A DNA stretch of 64,000 nt from an uncultured Candidatus Peribacteria bacterium (GCA_964451705.1 CAYVIV010000001.1:62807-126806), one strand, 5' to 3'. Positions 29,976 through 39,817 are shown, counted from the stretch's first letter. The notes: generated by a model not told the origin, from the sequence alone. Numbers and translations are program-made.

Positions 29976-30593
29976 TCAATCTAAATCGTCAATTAAGGAG
30001 ACACCATTTTCATTAATATGCCTTTGTAGCATGTTTGTAATCATACCTTTTAGGTTTTCATGTTCTTTATGAACATTAGATACAGAATGTTTACTTTGGA
30101 ATTCCATGAGAATATGGCAGGCTCTTTTAGGATTATAAATACCATTAATTTCCTTAGCATTTCCAGAAAGTTTAATGATTGTGATTGTACCAATATTATT
30201 GAGGGTATGAAAAACTCCTGCTATTTCGTAGGAAAAACTTTCTATCTGATTATAATCAATTCTTTCGGAAAGCATTCTAAACAAACCATTCCACTCAATA
30301 TTGATTAAGTTTAGGTTGGTTACAAGTAGTGCATTGTAGTGCCAGGTGTATAATTTGGCAATAATTCTAAAAGTTCCTATTGCCATCAATCCTAGCCATA
30401 AAAATGATAGATTAGCAAAATACCAAAAACCAATACTAGGTATAACTATTAATATTATAAAGTTTATGGCAAATGGTTTTAAAAGACTGTCTAAATGGTG
30501 ATGTATCACATTGACTATCTGTTCGTCTTCTTCTAGGTATTTGCGAAATAAAAAGTTATTTAGTTTCATAAAAAAGTTTGTGTTTTTAGTCAA
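29976..30593 (-). CDS. Membrane protein with a bacterial PH (YdbT-like) domain
   Basis: 205 aa. Two TM helices are followed by NIEWNGLFRMLSERIDYNQIESFSYE...GTITI, which resembles bPH_2 domains. Confidence 0.45.
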   Translation of the reverse strand: MTKNTNFFMKLNNFLFRKYLEEDEQIVNVIHHHLDSLLKPFAINFIILIVIPSIGFWYFANLSFLWLGLMAIGTFRIIAKLYTWHYNALLVTNLNLINIEWNGLFRMLSERIDYNQIESFSYEIAGVFHTLNNIGTITIIKLSGNAKEINGIYNPKRACHILMEFQSKHSVSNVHKEHENLKGMITNMLQRHINENGVSLIDDLD

Positions 30594-30639
30594 TTACCCT
30601 TACATTTTATAGTGTTTTATATCAATTTAATATAGTTTT

Positions 30640-31266
30640 TTGAAAAGTTGGGTTGAATTTTTTTTAGATTTACTAATTGTAATGCTGGCAGCATTGCTTA
30701 TTCGAGCATATGTAGTGATTCCCTTTAAGGTATATGGACCTTCTATGTGTAACACATTAAACAGTCGTTCTGGTGAGTGTTTAATGGCATATGGAGATCG
30801 GATGGTTGTCAATATTTTTGGGTATTTGCGCGTAGGTGATTTTGAAATAGGTGCACCCAAAAGTGATGACATTATTATTTTCGCCCCATCTGCTGTAACG
30901 CAAAAGTTTTATGTTAAAAGAATTGTTGCTGTCCCAGGCGAGACTATTCGCATTAAGGATGGTTATGTTTATAAAAAACAAGATGGTGAGTTTGTAGAGT
31001 TAGAAGAACCTTATTTGTCTGAGAAAAATATAGGTAACACCTTACTGCCAAGTGGTCCCACAGATGCGATTTACACAGTGCCAGAGGATCACTATTTTGT
31101 TATGGGTGATAACCGCTTACAAAGTACTGACTCGAGAAACTGCTTTCATAAATCAAGCATTCAGCCATGTTCAACTGAATCTTTAGCTGCCTTTGTGGCG
31201 CGAGATCAAATTAAAGGTAGGGCCTGGATAAGATTTTGGCCATTGAACAAAATTGAGCTTCTCTAG
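30640..31266 (+). CDS. lepB: Signal peptidase I
   Basis: 208 aa with a TTG start. It carries GPSMCNTL (catalytic Ser box), YVKRIVAVPGETI (Lys box) and GDNRLQSTDSR. Confidence 0.85.
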   Translation: MKSWVEFFLDLLIVMLAALLIRAYVVIPFKVYGPSMCNTLNSRSGECLMAYGDRMVVNIFGYLRVGDFEIGAPKSDDIIIFAPSAVTQKFYVKRIVAVPGETIRIKDGYVYKKQDGEFVELEEPYLSEKNIGNTLLPSGPTDAIYTVPEDHYFVMGDNRLQSTDSRNCFHKSSIQPCSTESLAAFVARDQIKGRAWIRFWPLNKIELL

Positions 31267-31664
31267 TTTTTTTCTTTAAAGATTAGTTCAACTGTCATTA
31301 GAATTAGCAGCATAAGACCAATGTTCCAATTCTCTATTATGCCAAGTATTTTGCTTGTTAGAATATATTGAATAAAAATTGCAATTAGTATCCCCTGCCT
31401 CAGGCTAGATCCCAGTGCAGAATAGTAATTTTTATATTTAAGTATTTTAAATAAATATATGAGTAGGCTTACAAGGCTAATACTGAAAATGAACAAATTT
31501 ACTTGAAAAATTGCAATAATTTGTGTGTTAAGGTTGGCACAAAAGTTTGCTGCAGAATACCCATCACAGGGTTCGAATTTATGAATCATTGTTAAAAGTC
31601 CGGCTAGACTAACTAGACTTATAGCTGATAAATAAGTGATTGGTTTTTTTAACATAGATAGCAT
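31263..31664 (-). CDS. Hypothetical polytopic membrane protein
   Basis: 133 aa with about four hydrophobic helices and no recognisable motif. Confidence 0.45.
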   Translation of the reverse strand: MLSMLKKPITYLSAISLVSLAGLLTMIHKFEPCDGYSAANFCANLNTQIIAIFQVNLFIFSISLVSLLIYLFKILKYKNYYSALGSSLRQGILIAIFIQYILTSKILGIIENWNIGLMLLILMTVELIFKEKN

Positions 31665-31689
31665 TTATTTACTTAAATATATGCTAAGG

Positions 31690-32655
31690 CTAATTTTTTG
31701 GCAATTGATTAAAGTCCCAAGATGTTTTCTTTTGTAATCTACCTGCTACTCGAAAACCTGCAGCTTTGGTGTGGCCGCCACCGCCAAAGTTTTCTGCGAC
31801 CTTAGCAACATTAATTTCATCTTTGCGGGTTCTCAGTGAGGCTTTAATTTTGCCCGACTGCTCCTCTGTAAATAAAATTGTATAGTCTGTGTTAGGTATG
31901 GAGCAAATCATGTCAGCAACGCCAGATAAATCGTCTGTAGTGGCATTATATTTTTTAAAAGTAAACTGCGACACTCCACTTTGGACAACTCCCTCTTGAG
32001 TTATATCTATATTAGAGAGTACCTCGCCCATAAGTTTAAGTTTTTTGTAATTAGTTTTTTTAAAATTATTTTTCTGAATTGCATGCCTGTCAGCCCCAAG
32101 TTTTGTGAGTTTAGAGGCTTGTCTTAGCACTAATGTATTAGTATTGGAGTGCATAAAGCTACCTGTGTCTGTGTAAATACCGTTTAGCAGGCAGGTTGCC
32201 ATTTCGCTATCAATTTCATAGTTGAGTGTCTCTAGTATTTGCATTAGTAAACTTGTGGTAGAGGTTGCCTTTGGATCTATAATATTCAAGGTTCCAAATG
32301 GTTGGCTGGAGGCATGGTGATCTATTGTGACAATGGGCTTTTGAGTACGTTCAAGTTCTGGATATTTTTCGAAAAAGCTTACCAAGTGCTTCGCAGCAGT
32401 ATCTACGACAATTACACAGTCATATTCCTCGAGCACAAATTCTTGGACTATAGATTCTATATTTGGTAGAAACAACATAGTATCAGAAACTTTATCGTGG
32501 CAGGCACTAGTAACTGTTTTGCCAAGTCTACGCAAAACCTTAGAAAGTGCTAGGTTAGAGCCAAGCGTATCGCCATCTGGTTTATTATGCGAAATCACAA
32601 CAAATTTTTGATTTGTTTTAATAATTTCTTGGAATTCTTGAATAAGTTCCTGCAT
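31690..32655 (-). CDS. nrnA: DHH/DHHA1 phosphoesterase (NrnA-like oligoribonuclease/pAp phosphatase)
   Basis: 321 aa. Motifs are HNKPDGDTLGS, VVDTA, TIDHHAS and the DHHA1 motif GGGGHTKAAG. Confidence 0.8.
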   Translation of the reverse strand: MQELIQEFQEIIKTNQKFVVISHNKPDGDTLGSNLALSKVLRRLGKTVTSACHDKVSDTMLFLPNIESIVQEFVLEEYDCVIVVDTAAKHLVSFFEKYPELERTQKPIVTIDHHASSQPFGTLNIIDPKATSTTSLLMQILETLNYEIDSEMATCLLNGIYTDTGSFMHSNTNTLVLRQASKLTKLGADRHAIQKNNFKKTNYKKLKLMGEVLSNIDITQEGVVQSGVSQFTFKKYNATTDDLSGVADMICSIPNTDYTILFTEEQSGKIKASLRTRKDEINVAKVAENFGGGGHTKAAGFRVAGRLQKKTSWDFNQLPKN

Positions 32656-32720
32656 GCTTGTATGATTGGCTATGTATTAAGTCTAAGATTTTACCTTTAT
32701 TTGATTAACTTGTAAAGCTG

Positions 32721-33641
32721 ATGTTGAATATTTGTTATATGGGCTCTGGACCATTTGCAGCAAGAGTCCTTGAATTGCTTGTAAAAGATGCAAGGTTTAC
32801 TATAGAAATGGTAGTTACCCAACCTCATGCACCTAGTGGACGCAAGAAGACTTTGACCCCGACCCCTGTTTTTAGCTTAGCAAAAACTTTGGGTTTGCAA
32901 ATTTTCGAGGCTGCCAATTCCAAGCAGATTTTAGAAATTTTAAAGCCTGAGACAGTAGATTTTTTGATAGTTTGTGACTACGGTGTTTTGTTAAAACAGC
33001 CAGTCATAGACTTGCCAAGGTTCGAAACCTTAAACATTCATGGTTCGCTACTACCTAAATATCGTGGGGCCTCACCTATTCAGGCGGCTTTGCGGAATGG
33101 GGACTCGAGTACAGGCATTAGTTTGCAACAAATGGTGCTTAAACTCGATGCTGGCCCTGTGTTTGCAGAAAAAACTTACTTTATAGATGAGACTTCTGGA
33201 TTTATTAAGGTACGAGATGATTTAGCCTGGCTGGGAGCAAAATTATTATTAGAGTCTTTAGAGAGAATTAAAAACGGTGATTTGCTAGCAAAACCGCAAG
33301 ATGAGTCTCATGTGAGTTTTTGCACTAAGATTCAAAAGTCCGAAGCTCAAGTTGATTTCAAAACTATGACTGCCTTACAAATATACAATTTGTATAGAGC
33401 CTTTGAGATTTGGCCGAAACTCTTTTTTAATTTTTCAGAGCATTTGATTACAATGCACAAACTTGCTTTGTCAGAGAAAAAGCTGAAGCCAGGAGAATTT
33501 TTGGTTGAAAATAAGTCTGTATATGTAGGTTGTCAAACTGGCAGTCTGCAGATTTTAGAACTGCAGTTAGCTGGTAAACCTGTTATGTTAACTGCGACCT
33601 TCCTCAATGGACGCAGTCGGTTTTTTGAAAATCAAAACTAG
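32721..33641 (+). CDS. fmt: Methionyl-tRNA formyltransferase
   Basis: 306 aa. It has the formyltransferase N domain with NIHGSLLPKYRGASPIQ and a C-terminal OB-like domain. Confidence 0.9.
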   Translation: MLNICYMGSGPFAARVLELLVKDARFTIEMVVTQPHAPSGRKKTLTPTPVFSLAKTLGLQIFEAANSKQILEILKPETVDFLIVCDYGVLLKQPVIDLPRFETLNIHGSLLPKYRGASPIQAALRNGDSSTGISLQQMVLKLDAGPVFAEKTYFIDETSGFIKVRDDLAWLGAKLLLESLERIKNGDLLAKPQDESHVSFCTKIQKSEAQVDFKTMTALQIYNLYRAFEIWPKLFFNFSEHLITMHKLALSEKKLKPGEFLVENKSVYVGCQTGSLQILELQLAGKPVMLTATFLNGRSRFFENQN

Positions 33642-34634
33642 ACTCCAAAGCAAAATCCCTTGGTTGCTAGATATTAGATAATGATCAAAACAAGCAAGTA
33701 CAAGCATCAAGATAGCCAGCTTTTTGTCGTGTTTATATAGGACGTATAAAATTAAGACTAAGGCGACGACAAAGATTGGATTGATCTGCAGGCTTTCAAT
33801 GAATATATTATGAGTTGGTGTATCTAACCAGGGTTTTAAGCTAGAGCTGCCTATGTTTGATAATGGTGCAGAAAGCTCTTGGAGCCTTTGGCTGTAGCTA
33901 CTTAGGTTGAAAAGTGGGTTTTTTAGAATCAAAATTAGTATTAATGGGAGCCAATATTTAAGCTTCTTTAGGCTTTTTTTGCTATGCGAGCATAGGTTGG
34001 CAATTGCAGCAGACAAACTTAGGCTGACTGGGATAAAATAAGACAAAAACTTGTATTCCAAAGCACACAGTGCCAAATATGCCCCAAATATATTGGGATG
34101 TGCAAAAGTTCCATAACCTCTGAGAATTTTATAGCCATAGAAATTAATATAAGAACTGCCAGGTATCTGTGTACTTACTTGGGACTCCCCTAATAACTGC
34201 AGTCCTAATGAACTAGCTAAGAGCACTTGCAAAGCTCCAACTGTTAATTGAAGGATGATAAAGTAAAGTAAGATTTTTTTAACGGTTTGTAATTGCTTAG
34301 TTCCAAGCTTGCAGATAGCCAGTGTGATGGGAATGTTGAGCAGAAAGACTGGATTTAAAAAACTCAGCGTTATAAATGCCAAAATCAGCAGCTTGAGTTT
34401 GTGAGTCTCAAGGCTGTCTAAGTTAGATTGAGAGTGAGTTTTTTTGAGCAGCATTATGATTAGCAAGCTTGATACAACTGCAAAAATTGCAAACAAATTG
34501 ATTTTATCTGCTTGAAAGTAATTAAATTTGCCTAAATAAAAACTTGGATTACTAGTTACAATGAATTTATTGAATGTTAGTAACCCAAGTGTGATTCCAA
34601 AAAAAATTGTGAGTTTATTCTTTTTCTCCAGCAA
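33588..34634 (-). CDS. Polytopic membrane protein, O-antigen ligase/Wzy_C-like
   Basis: 348 aa with ~9-10 TM helices. An external loop reads YGYKILRGYGTFAHPNIFGAYLAL, matching the RxxGxFxHPN pattern of Wzy_C proteins. Confidence 0.5.
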   Translation of the reverse strand: MLEKKNKLTIFFGITLGLLTFNKFIVTSNPSFYLGKFNYFQADKINLFAIFAVVSSLLIIMLLKKTHSQSNLDSLETHKLKLLILAFITLSFLNPVFLLNIPITLAICKLGTKQLQTVKKILLYFIILQLTVGALQVLLASSLGLQLLGESQVSTQIPGSSYINFYGYKILRGYGTFAHPNIFGAYLALCALEYKFLSYFIPVSLSLSAAIANLCSHSKKSLKKLKYWLPLILILILKNPLFNLSSYSQRLQELSAPLSNIGSSSLKPWLDTPTHNIFIESLQINPIFVVALVLILYVLYKHDKKLAILMLVLACFDHYLISSNQGILLWSLVLIFKKPTASIEEGRS

Positions 34635-36000
34635 TGATCTGATTTAGTTTTTTAGTAGAAAGTACTTGGTTTATTAGAGCCTGGGTACTGCTGAGTTTTT
34701 GTCTTGCTCTAAATTTATATTCAGGATCTAAAATAAGTTCTTCAAACATTTGTGCAAAATACTCTCTATATTTGTGATCATCGGCAATTACTAAGCTTTT
34801 GGCAATTCCTAGTTGGTTGACAAAGGCTGCATATACTCGGTTTGAGCGTTGTTTGCTAATCATATCGCGTCTACTGGTTGGTTTAAAATTGTTTTTGTAG
34901 AGTTTTTCTAGATTGGGCTTAGAAACCATTTGAGAGATCAGAGCCCAGGCTTCAAATTTATTTTGGGAGTTCTTAGAGACTACTTCCGAGAAATAGTTTG
35001 CGTATGCCACTTTGTCTGAGTCTGCCTCTATGCTTTCTTGCGGAATTGGATTAATTCTAATGTCCGAAGCATCTATAACAGTTTTACCTGCTCTTTTATA
35101 TGCCTGATGCAGCTTTAAAAGGTCTTTGTACAAGTGGCTGTAGCCAAAAATCATCGATGTTTTGCCAGTTAAAAAGGCTTCGACCTCTTTGTTAGCAGAC
35201 TCTGGATCGACAATGTTTTGATTAGTGGAGTAGTTGGGACTAGTCTCATCTGCAAAACTTAGTTGAAATTTGACTAGGTTTTCTGTCTTAGAATTTTTTG
35301 CAAAGCTGGCTGTGCTGTAATCTTTATTATAGAAATTAACCCCATTTTGTAGTAGTCGAGTATAGAATATATCTATTTCTTTACTGTTAGAGCTTGGATC
35401 TCCTAGTGCTGTTAAGCTACGAATTAGGGTGTTGCCCTGTTTAAAATTCATAACTCTGGCATCGGACTGCATTTGATTCCAGGTAGCAGCAGGTTTGCCT
35501 CTTTCTGGAATAGCAGCCTCAAAGTGGGCTTTGTTATAATAAACAGCTAGTGTATCTATGCTTAGTGGCACACCATATATGTGTTGTTTGTCATTAGTAT
35601 CTAGGATAATATTGTCTTTGGCGGCAATGTCTAGGAATAGATTCTTGTATATTTCTGGAGTGACTATGGAGTTTGGAGCGGGTGAGAGTTTTAAGTAATT
35701 AGGTTTTACCCACCAGTTTGGTACAGAAAATACATCTGGTCCCCTGCCTTCTGCAAATTCGTTAAGTATGGTTTCGTAGTACTTGTCTGGATCTGTAAAC
35801 TTCCTATAGTTTACTGTCACATAAGGAAATTGCTTGCGAAATTCAGTGAATAGTGGGTTGAGATTTTCTTGGTTTTCATAAAGTTTGTAGTAGCTTAAGG
35901 TAACTGGTGCTTTGTTTTCTTGAATGACTTGTTTTTTGCGACATCCTCCAATGCTAAGCATTAAAATGCTTATAAGAAGTATAGATAAAAGTTTTTTCAT
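34615..36000 (-). CDS. Extracellular solute-binding lipoprotein (ABC family-1-like), no adjacent permease
   Basis: 461 aa. It has a lipobox signal (LMLSIGGC) and an SBP_bac_1-like layout (GRGPDVF, GVPLSIDTLAVYYNK). Confidence 0.65.
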   Translation of the reverse strand: MKKLLSILLISILMLSIGGCRKKQVIQENKAPVTLSYYKLYENQENLNPLFTEFRKQFPYVTVNYRKFTDPDKYYETILNEFAEGRGPDVFSVPNWWVKPNYLKLSPAPNSIVTPEIYKNLFLDIAAKDNIILDTNDKQHIYGVPLSIDTLAVYYNKAHFEAAIPERGKPAATWNQMQSDARVMNFKQGNTLIRSLTALGDPSSNSKEIDIFYTRLLQNGVNFYNKDYSTASFAKNSKTENLVKFQLSFADETSPNYSTNQNIVDPESANKEVEAFLTGKTSMIFGYSHLYKDLLKLHQAYKRAGKTVIDASDIRINPIPQESIEADSDKVAYANYFSEVVSKNSQNKFEAWALISQMVSKPNLEKLYKNNFKPTSRRDMISKQRSNRVYAAFVNQLGIAKSLVIADDHKYREYFAQMFEELILDPEYKFRARQKLSSTQALINQVLSTKKLNQIIAGEKE

Positions 36001-36055
36001 TGATTTGCAGGCTAAATTTAATTAGATTATACATAATTGATTTTAACTCTTAAAG

Positions 36056-36649
36056 GTGTTTAATGGAATTATTCGAAACTTAGCAAGTTTAGAGTCAAAA
36101 CAAAGTCAAAAAGATCATACAAAGTCTACAACAACTTTTGTGTTTTGTTGTCCTGCTATTGCTAAAGAAAGCCAACTTGGTGACTCGATAGCTGTTAATG
36201 GTGTCTGTTTGACAGTAGTTTCCAAAACATCAGAAAATTTGAGTTTCGATGTCTTAGATGAATCCCTATCTCGTACCAACCTTGGCCTTTTAAAAGCTGG
36301 AGAGACTGTGAATTTGGAGCAAAGTTTGAGACTTAATGACTATATTTGTGGGCACTTAGTAAGTGGCCATGTAGATTTTTGTGCTAAATTGCTAGAGGTC
36401 AATGCAGATAAATGGACTTTTGAGTTAAATCCAGATTACAGCCACTTGGTGGCTTCTAAAGGATCTATTACCTTAAATGGTGTCGCTTTAACGTCTTGTG
36501 AGCTTGATGACGATAGTTTTAGTGTTTACTTAATTCCAGAAACCTTAGAAAGAACTAATTTAAAGGATTTAAAGCCAGGAGATATGGTAAATGTCGAAAT
36601 AGACATGATAGCCAGATATGTAGAAAGATTAATTAACCATACAAAATGA
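36056..36649 (+). CDS. ribE: Riboflavin synthase alpha chain
   Basis: 197 aa with a GTG start. MFNGIIRNLASL is followed by two lumazine-binding repeats (GDSIAVNGVCLTV; GSITLNGVALTS). Confidence 0.85.
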   Translation: MFNGIIRNLASLESKQSQKDHTKSTTTFVFCCPAIAKESQLGDSIAVNGVCLTVVSKTSENLSFDVLDESLSRTNLGLLKAGETVNLEQSLRLNDYICGHLVSGHVDFCAKLLEVNADKWTFELNPDYSHLVASKGSITLNGVALTSCELDDDSFSVYLIPETLERTNLKDLKPGDMVNVEIDMIARYVERLINHTK

Positions 36650-37050
36650 AAAAAATAGCAGTAGTTTATTCGGATTATTATAAAGATGTAATTGATGGTT
36701 TACTGGAAAAGTTTAAGGAAGCTAACCAAAAATATGGCTACGAAGTAGATTATTATAGAGTTACGGGTTCCTTGGAAATAATTTTCAAAGTAGCTAGTTT
36801 AACAAAAACAAACCCAGAATATGCTGGTTATGTAGTATATGGTTGTGTAATAGAAGGCAAAACTTACCATAATCATGTGATTCAAGACAATGTATACGAA
36901 AAATTACTTCAGGTTTCTTTAGATTCCATGCGCCCTATTGGTTTTGGAGTCTTAACTGTTAAAAGCTACGAGCAAGCCTTAGAAAGATCTGTTGGAATCA
37001 AAGGGCGTGGTGCCGAAGCTTTAGAAGGCCTACATAGCCTACTTATCTAG
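36646..37050 (+). CDS. ribH: 6,7-dimethyl-8-ribityllumazine synthase
   Basis: 134 aa. Motifs are VTGSLEI, YGCVIEGKTYHNHV, FGVLTV and ALERS. It overlaps ribE by 4 nt. Confidence 0.8.
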   Translation: MKKIAVVYSDYYKDVIDGLLEKFKEANQKYGYEVDYYRVTGSLEIIFKVASLTKTNPEYAGYVVYGCVIEGKTYHNHVIQDNVYEKLLQVSLDSMRPIGFGVLTVKSYEQALERSVGIKGRGAEALEGLHSLLI

Positions 37051-37222
37051 TATTGCTAGTGACTTAGGTTTTCGATGTCTAAACCAGTCTGGTGTTGACA
37101 TATTCTAACAACAGGTTTTAACTTAGGTCTTTAGCTAGCAGAAGCCAATTTGAACTATTTATTTGTTATGCTTTTGACAACTTTGACATATAGGCTAATC
37201 TATTTTTAGATTAACAACTTAA

Positions 37223-37882
37223 ATGTTTAAAATCCTTGGACTATATATAGATTTTTTTGATACAGCTGTCTTTGGTGTTTTGGAAGGTTTTTTCTCTCAA
37301 ATCACACTAACTTCTCAGGATTTTGTGACTATTAGGCAGGCTGTCTGGCTGCAGTTATCCATTTTCTTTGTGTTTTTGCCTTTTGCTTTGGGAGATAGTC
37401 TAAAACTTATTGAGAAAATCTCGAAAATGCCTAGACATGGTAGTATTAAGGTCTTGTTAATTGATTCTAAATTTCGTGAGTCTGTATGCAATTTGGCACT
37501 TCAGTCGAATATGTATTACTATTCTTTGTCTACACCTTTGGAGAAGCTGTGCAAATTGCTAGATATTTTAAGATCTACCGTACAAACTCGCTTTCTTAAA
37601 TATAAGGATCTATCTTTAGATTGTTTTAAGCGTACTATTAGTGTTAATTCAAGAGAGTTAGCTTTAAAAAATCTTGAGTACGAGCTTCTGTCATATCTTA
37701 TGCTACATGCTGGACGTAGTGTGTCGAAGGTAGAACTATTGGAGCATGTCTGGGGCGCGAATTACGCTATGGCAACCAGAACAGTAGATGTACATATTTC
37801 TAGGCTTAGGCAACTTTTAGCCAAGTCTCTTGATAAACCAATCATCCACACTGTACACTGTTATGGATATATCCTTGAATAA
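37223..37882 (+). CDS. OmpR/PhoB-type winged-helix transcription regulator with a degenerate receiver-like N-terminus
   Basis: 219 aa. The C-terminal segment LEYELLSYLMLHAGRSVSKVELLEHVWGANYAMATRTVDVHISRLRQLL is a typical Trans_reg_C domain. The N-terminal half has receiver-like spacing but no obvious phospho-acceptor Asp. Confidence 0.65.
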   Translation: MFKILGLYIDFFDTAVFGVLEGFFSQITLTSQDFVTIRQAVWLQLSIFFVFLPFALGDSLKLIEKISKMPRHGSIKVLLIDSKFRESVCNLALQSNMYYYSLSTPLEKLCKLLDILRSTVQTRFLKYKDLSLDCFKRTISVNSRELALKNLEYELLSYLMLHAGRSVSKVELLEHVWGANYAMATRTVDVHISRLRQLLAKSLDKPIIHTVHCYGYILE

Positions 37883-37884
37883 AA

Positions 37885-38319
37885 ATGCAAACTGTTAATC
37901 ATCACTCTTGTGGCACCGTGGTTTACCACCAATTAAATGATAAAGTAGAATATTTACTGCTTCAATACCCCCAAGGACACTGGGATTTTGCTAAAGGTCA
38001 TATAGAGGAGAATGAGAGCACTGTTGCCTGTGCACTGCGAGAACTAACGGAAGAAACTGGACTAAATAAGATTCAGCTAATCGATGGGTTCTTTCATGAA
38101 TTATCTTATTACTATCGTCAAGATGCTGTTGCGCATTATAAAAAGGTCGACTTTTTCTTGGTGGAAGCCTTTGAGACTCAAGTTAAAATTTCACATGAAC
38201 ATCAGGATTTCAAATGGTTGCCATTCCAGGATGCCCTAGAGTTAGTTAGTTTTGAAAATGCCAAAAACCTGCTTATTGCTGCGGATAGTTTTTTAAAAAC
38301 TCTGCATGGGCCTGCTTAA
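37885..38319 (+). CDS. Nudix hydrolase
   Basis: 144 aa. GHIEENESTVACALRELTEETGL matches the Nudix box GX5EX7REUXEEXGU. Confidence 0.8.
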   Translation: MQTVNHHSCGTVVYHQLNDKVEYLLLQYPQGHWDFAKGHIEENESTVACALRELTEETGLNKIQLIDGFFHELSYYYRQDAVAHYKKVDFFLVEAFETQVKISHEHQDFKWLPFQDALELVSFENAKNLLIAADSFLKTLHGPA

Positions 38320-39817
38320 TTTGCTCTAAATATTCTAGGTCTTTAAGCTGAGTGTCGCTAAAAATATTTTCTAATGTTTGGTAGCTGGATTTATAGTTAA
38401 TATAGTCTGTATTGTATTTCACGTGCCTTAAATACCAGTCTTTATAGTTTTTAAGCCACTGTGAGTCAACTTGAAGTGTGTCAATTTGCATATCTGGATT
38501 TAACTTTAGGACTAATTCTAAATGTTCTAATGTCCAAGGGTCTTGTTTAAAGACTCTTAGGCTAAGTGCTGGGTCTTGCGTGCTTTGTGCTAAGGCGTAA
38601 AGCACAGGCGTGTCTATGGGGTTTTGTTGTATGTGTTGGCTGAGTTTGCCTTCTTGGACTAAATAGTCTTTATGAGCCACAAGGCTACTGCTTGCATACT
38701 GAGGATACCTAATAATTACCAGGCTCAAAACTGCAATGGTTGTTAGCAATACTGTGGCAGTTTTTTGTATATTATTAAGTTTAGCTTTGCTGTCTGGAGC
38801 TTTTTGGCTAATGAGTACTATGAGCACAAAAATACTCAGTCCAAAATTAATGTTTAGATCTAACATGTTATGTAGCGTAAAAGGTACTAAGGCCAGTATG
38901 CTTGCACGTGGTAGTTGGCGTAAATATCCCCAAAAAATGTATATGCAGACAGCTAGTATTAAAAAACCATGTTCCAGACCAATGTCGAGTAATAAATTAT
39001 GGGCATGTATAGATTTATTGAGGGGTATTGTTTGTACCTGTGGATACAAATACTGAAAGCTTTCAGCACCTGTACCAACCAGGCTTTGTTTTAAATCAAA
39101 GAGTTTTGGAGTGTTGCGAAAGAATTCTAGACGATGGGTCGCACTAGATATCCCTTGGGCTTGCTGGAGTTTGTGTTGGTAGTTGTCAGAGAACATAGAA
39201 GATAAGATAGCAATTCCAAGCATACTAACTACTCCAAGAAACAGTAGATACTTTTTAGACTGAGCTTTAAATGATTTAGAAAAGTAAATTTTCACTCCCA
39301 TAAAAGCTAATATCAAGGCCAAGGCAATTCTAGATTTGCTTAAAAAGATTGTGATAATATTTAGCAGGACCAATGGTCCTTGAATAAATGGTGTAATTAA
39401 CAGCATTAGGCTTGCTAATGAATTAGGGTATATTTGTCTGGGGTCAAAGATGTTCATATAAGTCCCAAAGCCAAAATCAAAGTTAAAATATTGATAAATT
39501 GCTAAGCCAAACATTAAAATGCTTAGTGCTTTGAATAGTTTTTGTTTGCAACTGTCTTTTATAAAAAAGACTGCTGGCCCCAGTACTGCTGCTAGATAAA
39601 GTAGGCTTTGTTCTAGAGATTGGCTTGGAATTTGTGAATAAAGAAAACTTATCACAAATAAGGCAATAGCAATGATATGCTTTTTTTCTAGATAATTAAC
39701 TTTAAAACTTGCTAGGCACATCGCAGTAAATAAGCCAAGAGCACCAAAGCTACTATTGTAGTCATTAAAGATGAGACTACTTATTAATGCTAAAAAAATT
39801 GCAAATTTATATATCAT
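38273..39817 (-). CDS. O-antigen ligase / Wzy_C-family polytopic membrane protein with a soluble C-terminal domain
   Basis: The track ORF runs to 39976, but its first 53 codons are antisense to tRNA-Leu. I use the ATG at 39815-39817 (MIYKFAIFLALI...). The protein has ~10 TM helices plus HAHNLLLDIGLEHGFL, which is the Wzy_C signature. Confidence 0.65.
   Translation of the reverse strand: MIYKFAIFLALISSLIFNDYNSSFGALGLFTAMCLASFKVNYLEKKHIIAIALFVISFLYSQIPSQSLEQSLLYLAAVLGPAVFFIKDSCKQKLFKALSILMFGLAIYQYFNFDFGFGTYMNIFDPRQIYPNSLASLMLLITPFIQGPLVLLNIITIFLSKSRIALALILAFMGVKIYFSKSFKAQSKKYLLFLGVVSMLGIAILSSMFSDNYQHKLQQAQGISSATHRLEFFRNTPKLFDLKQSLVGTGAESFQYLYPQVQTIPLNKSIHAHNLLLDIGLEHGFLILAVCIYIFWGYLRQLPRASILALVPFTLHNMLDLNINFGLSIFVLIVLISQKAPDSKAKLNNIQKTATVLLTTIAVLSLVIIRYPQYASSSLVAHKDYLVQEGKLSQHIQQNPIDTPVLYALAQSTQDPALSLRVFKQDPWTLEHLELVLKLNPDMQIDTLQVDSQWLKNYKDWYLRHVKYNTDYINYKSSYQTLENIFSDTQLKDLEYLEQIKQAHAEFLKNYPQQ

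Noticed and set aside
36001-36055. An FMN riboswitch upstream of ribE
   Set aside because: The spacer is 55 nt, far too short for an FMN aptamer.
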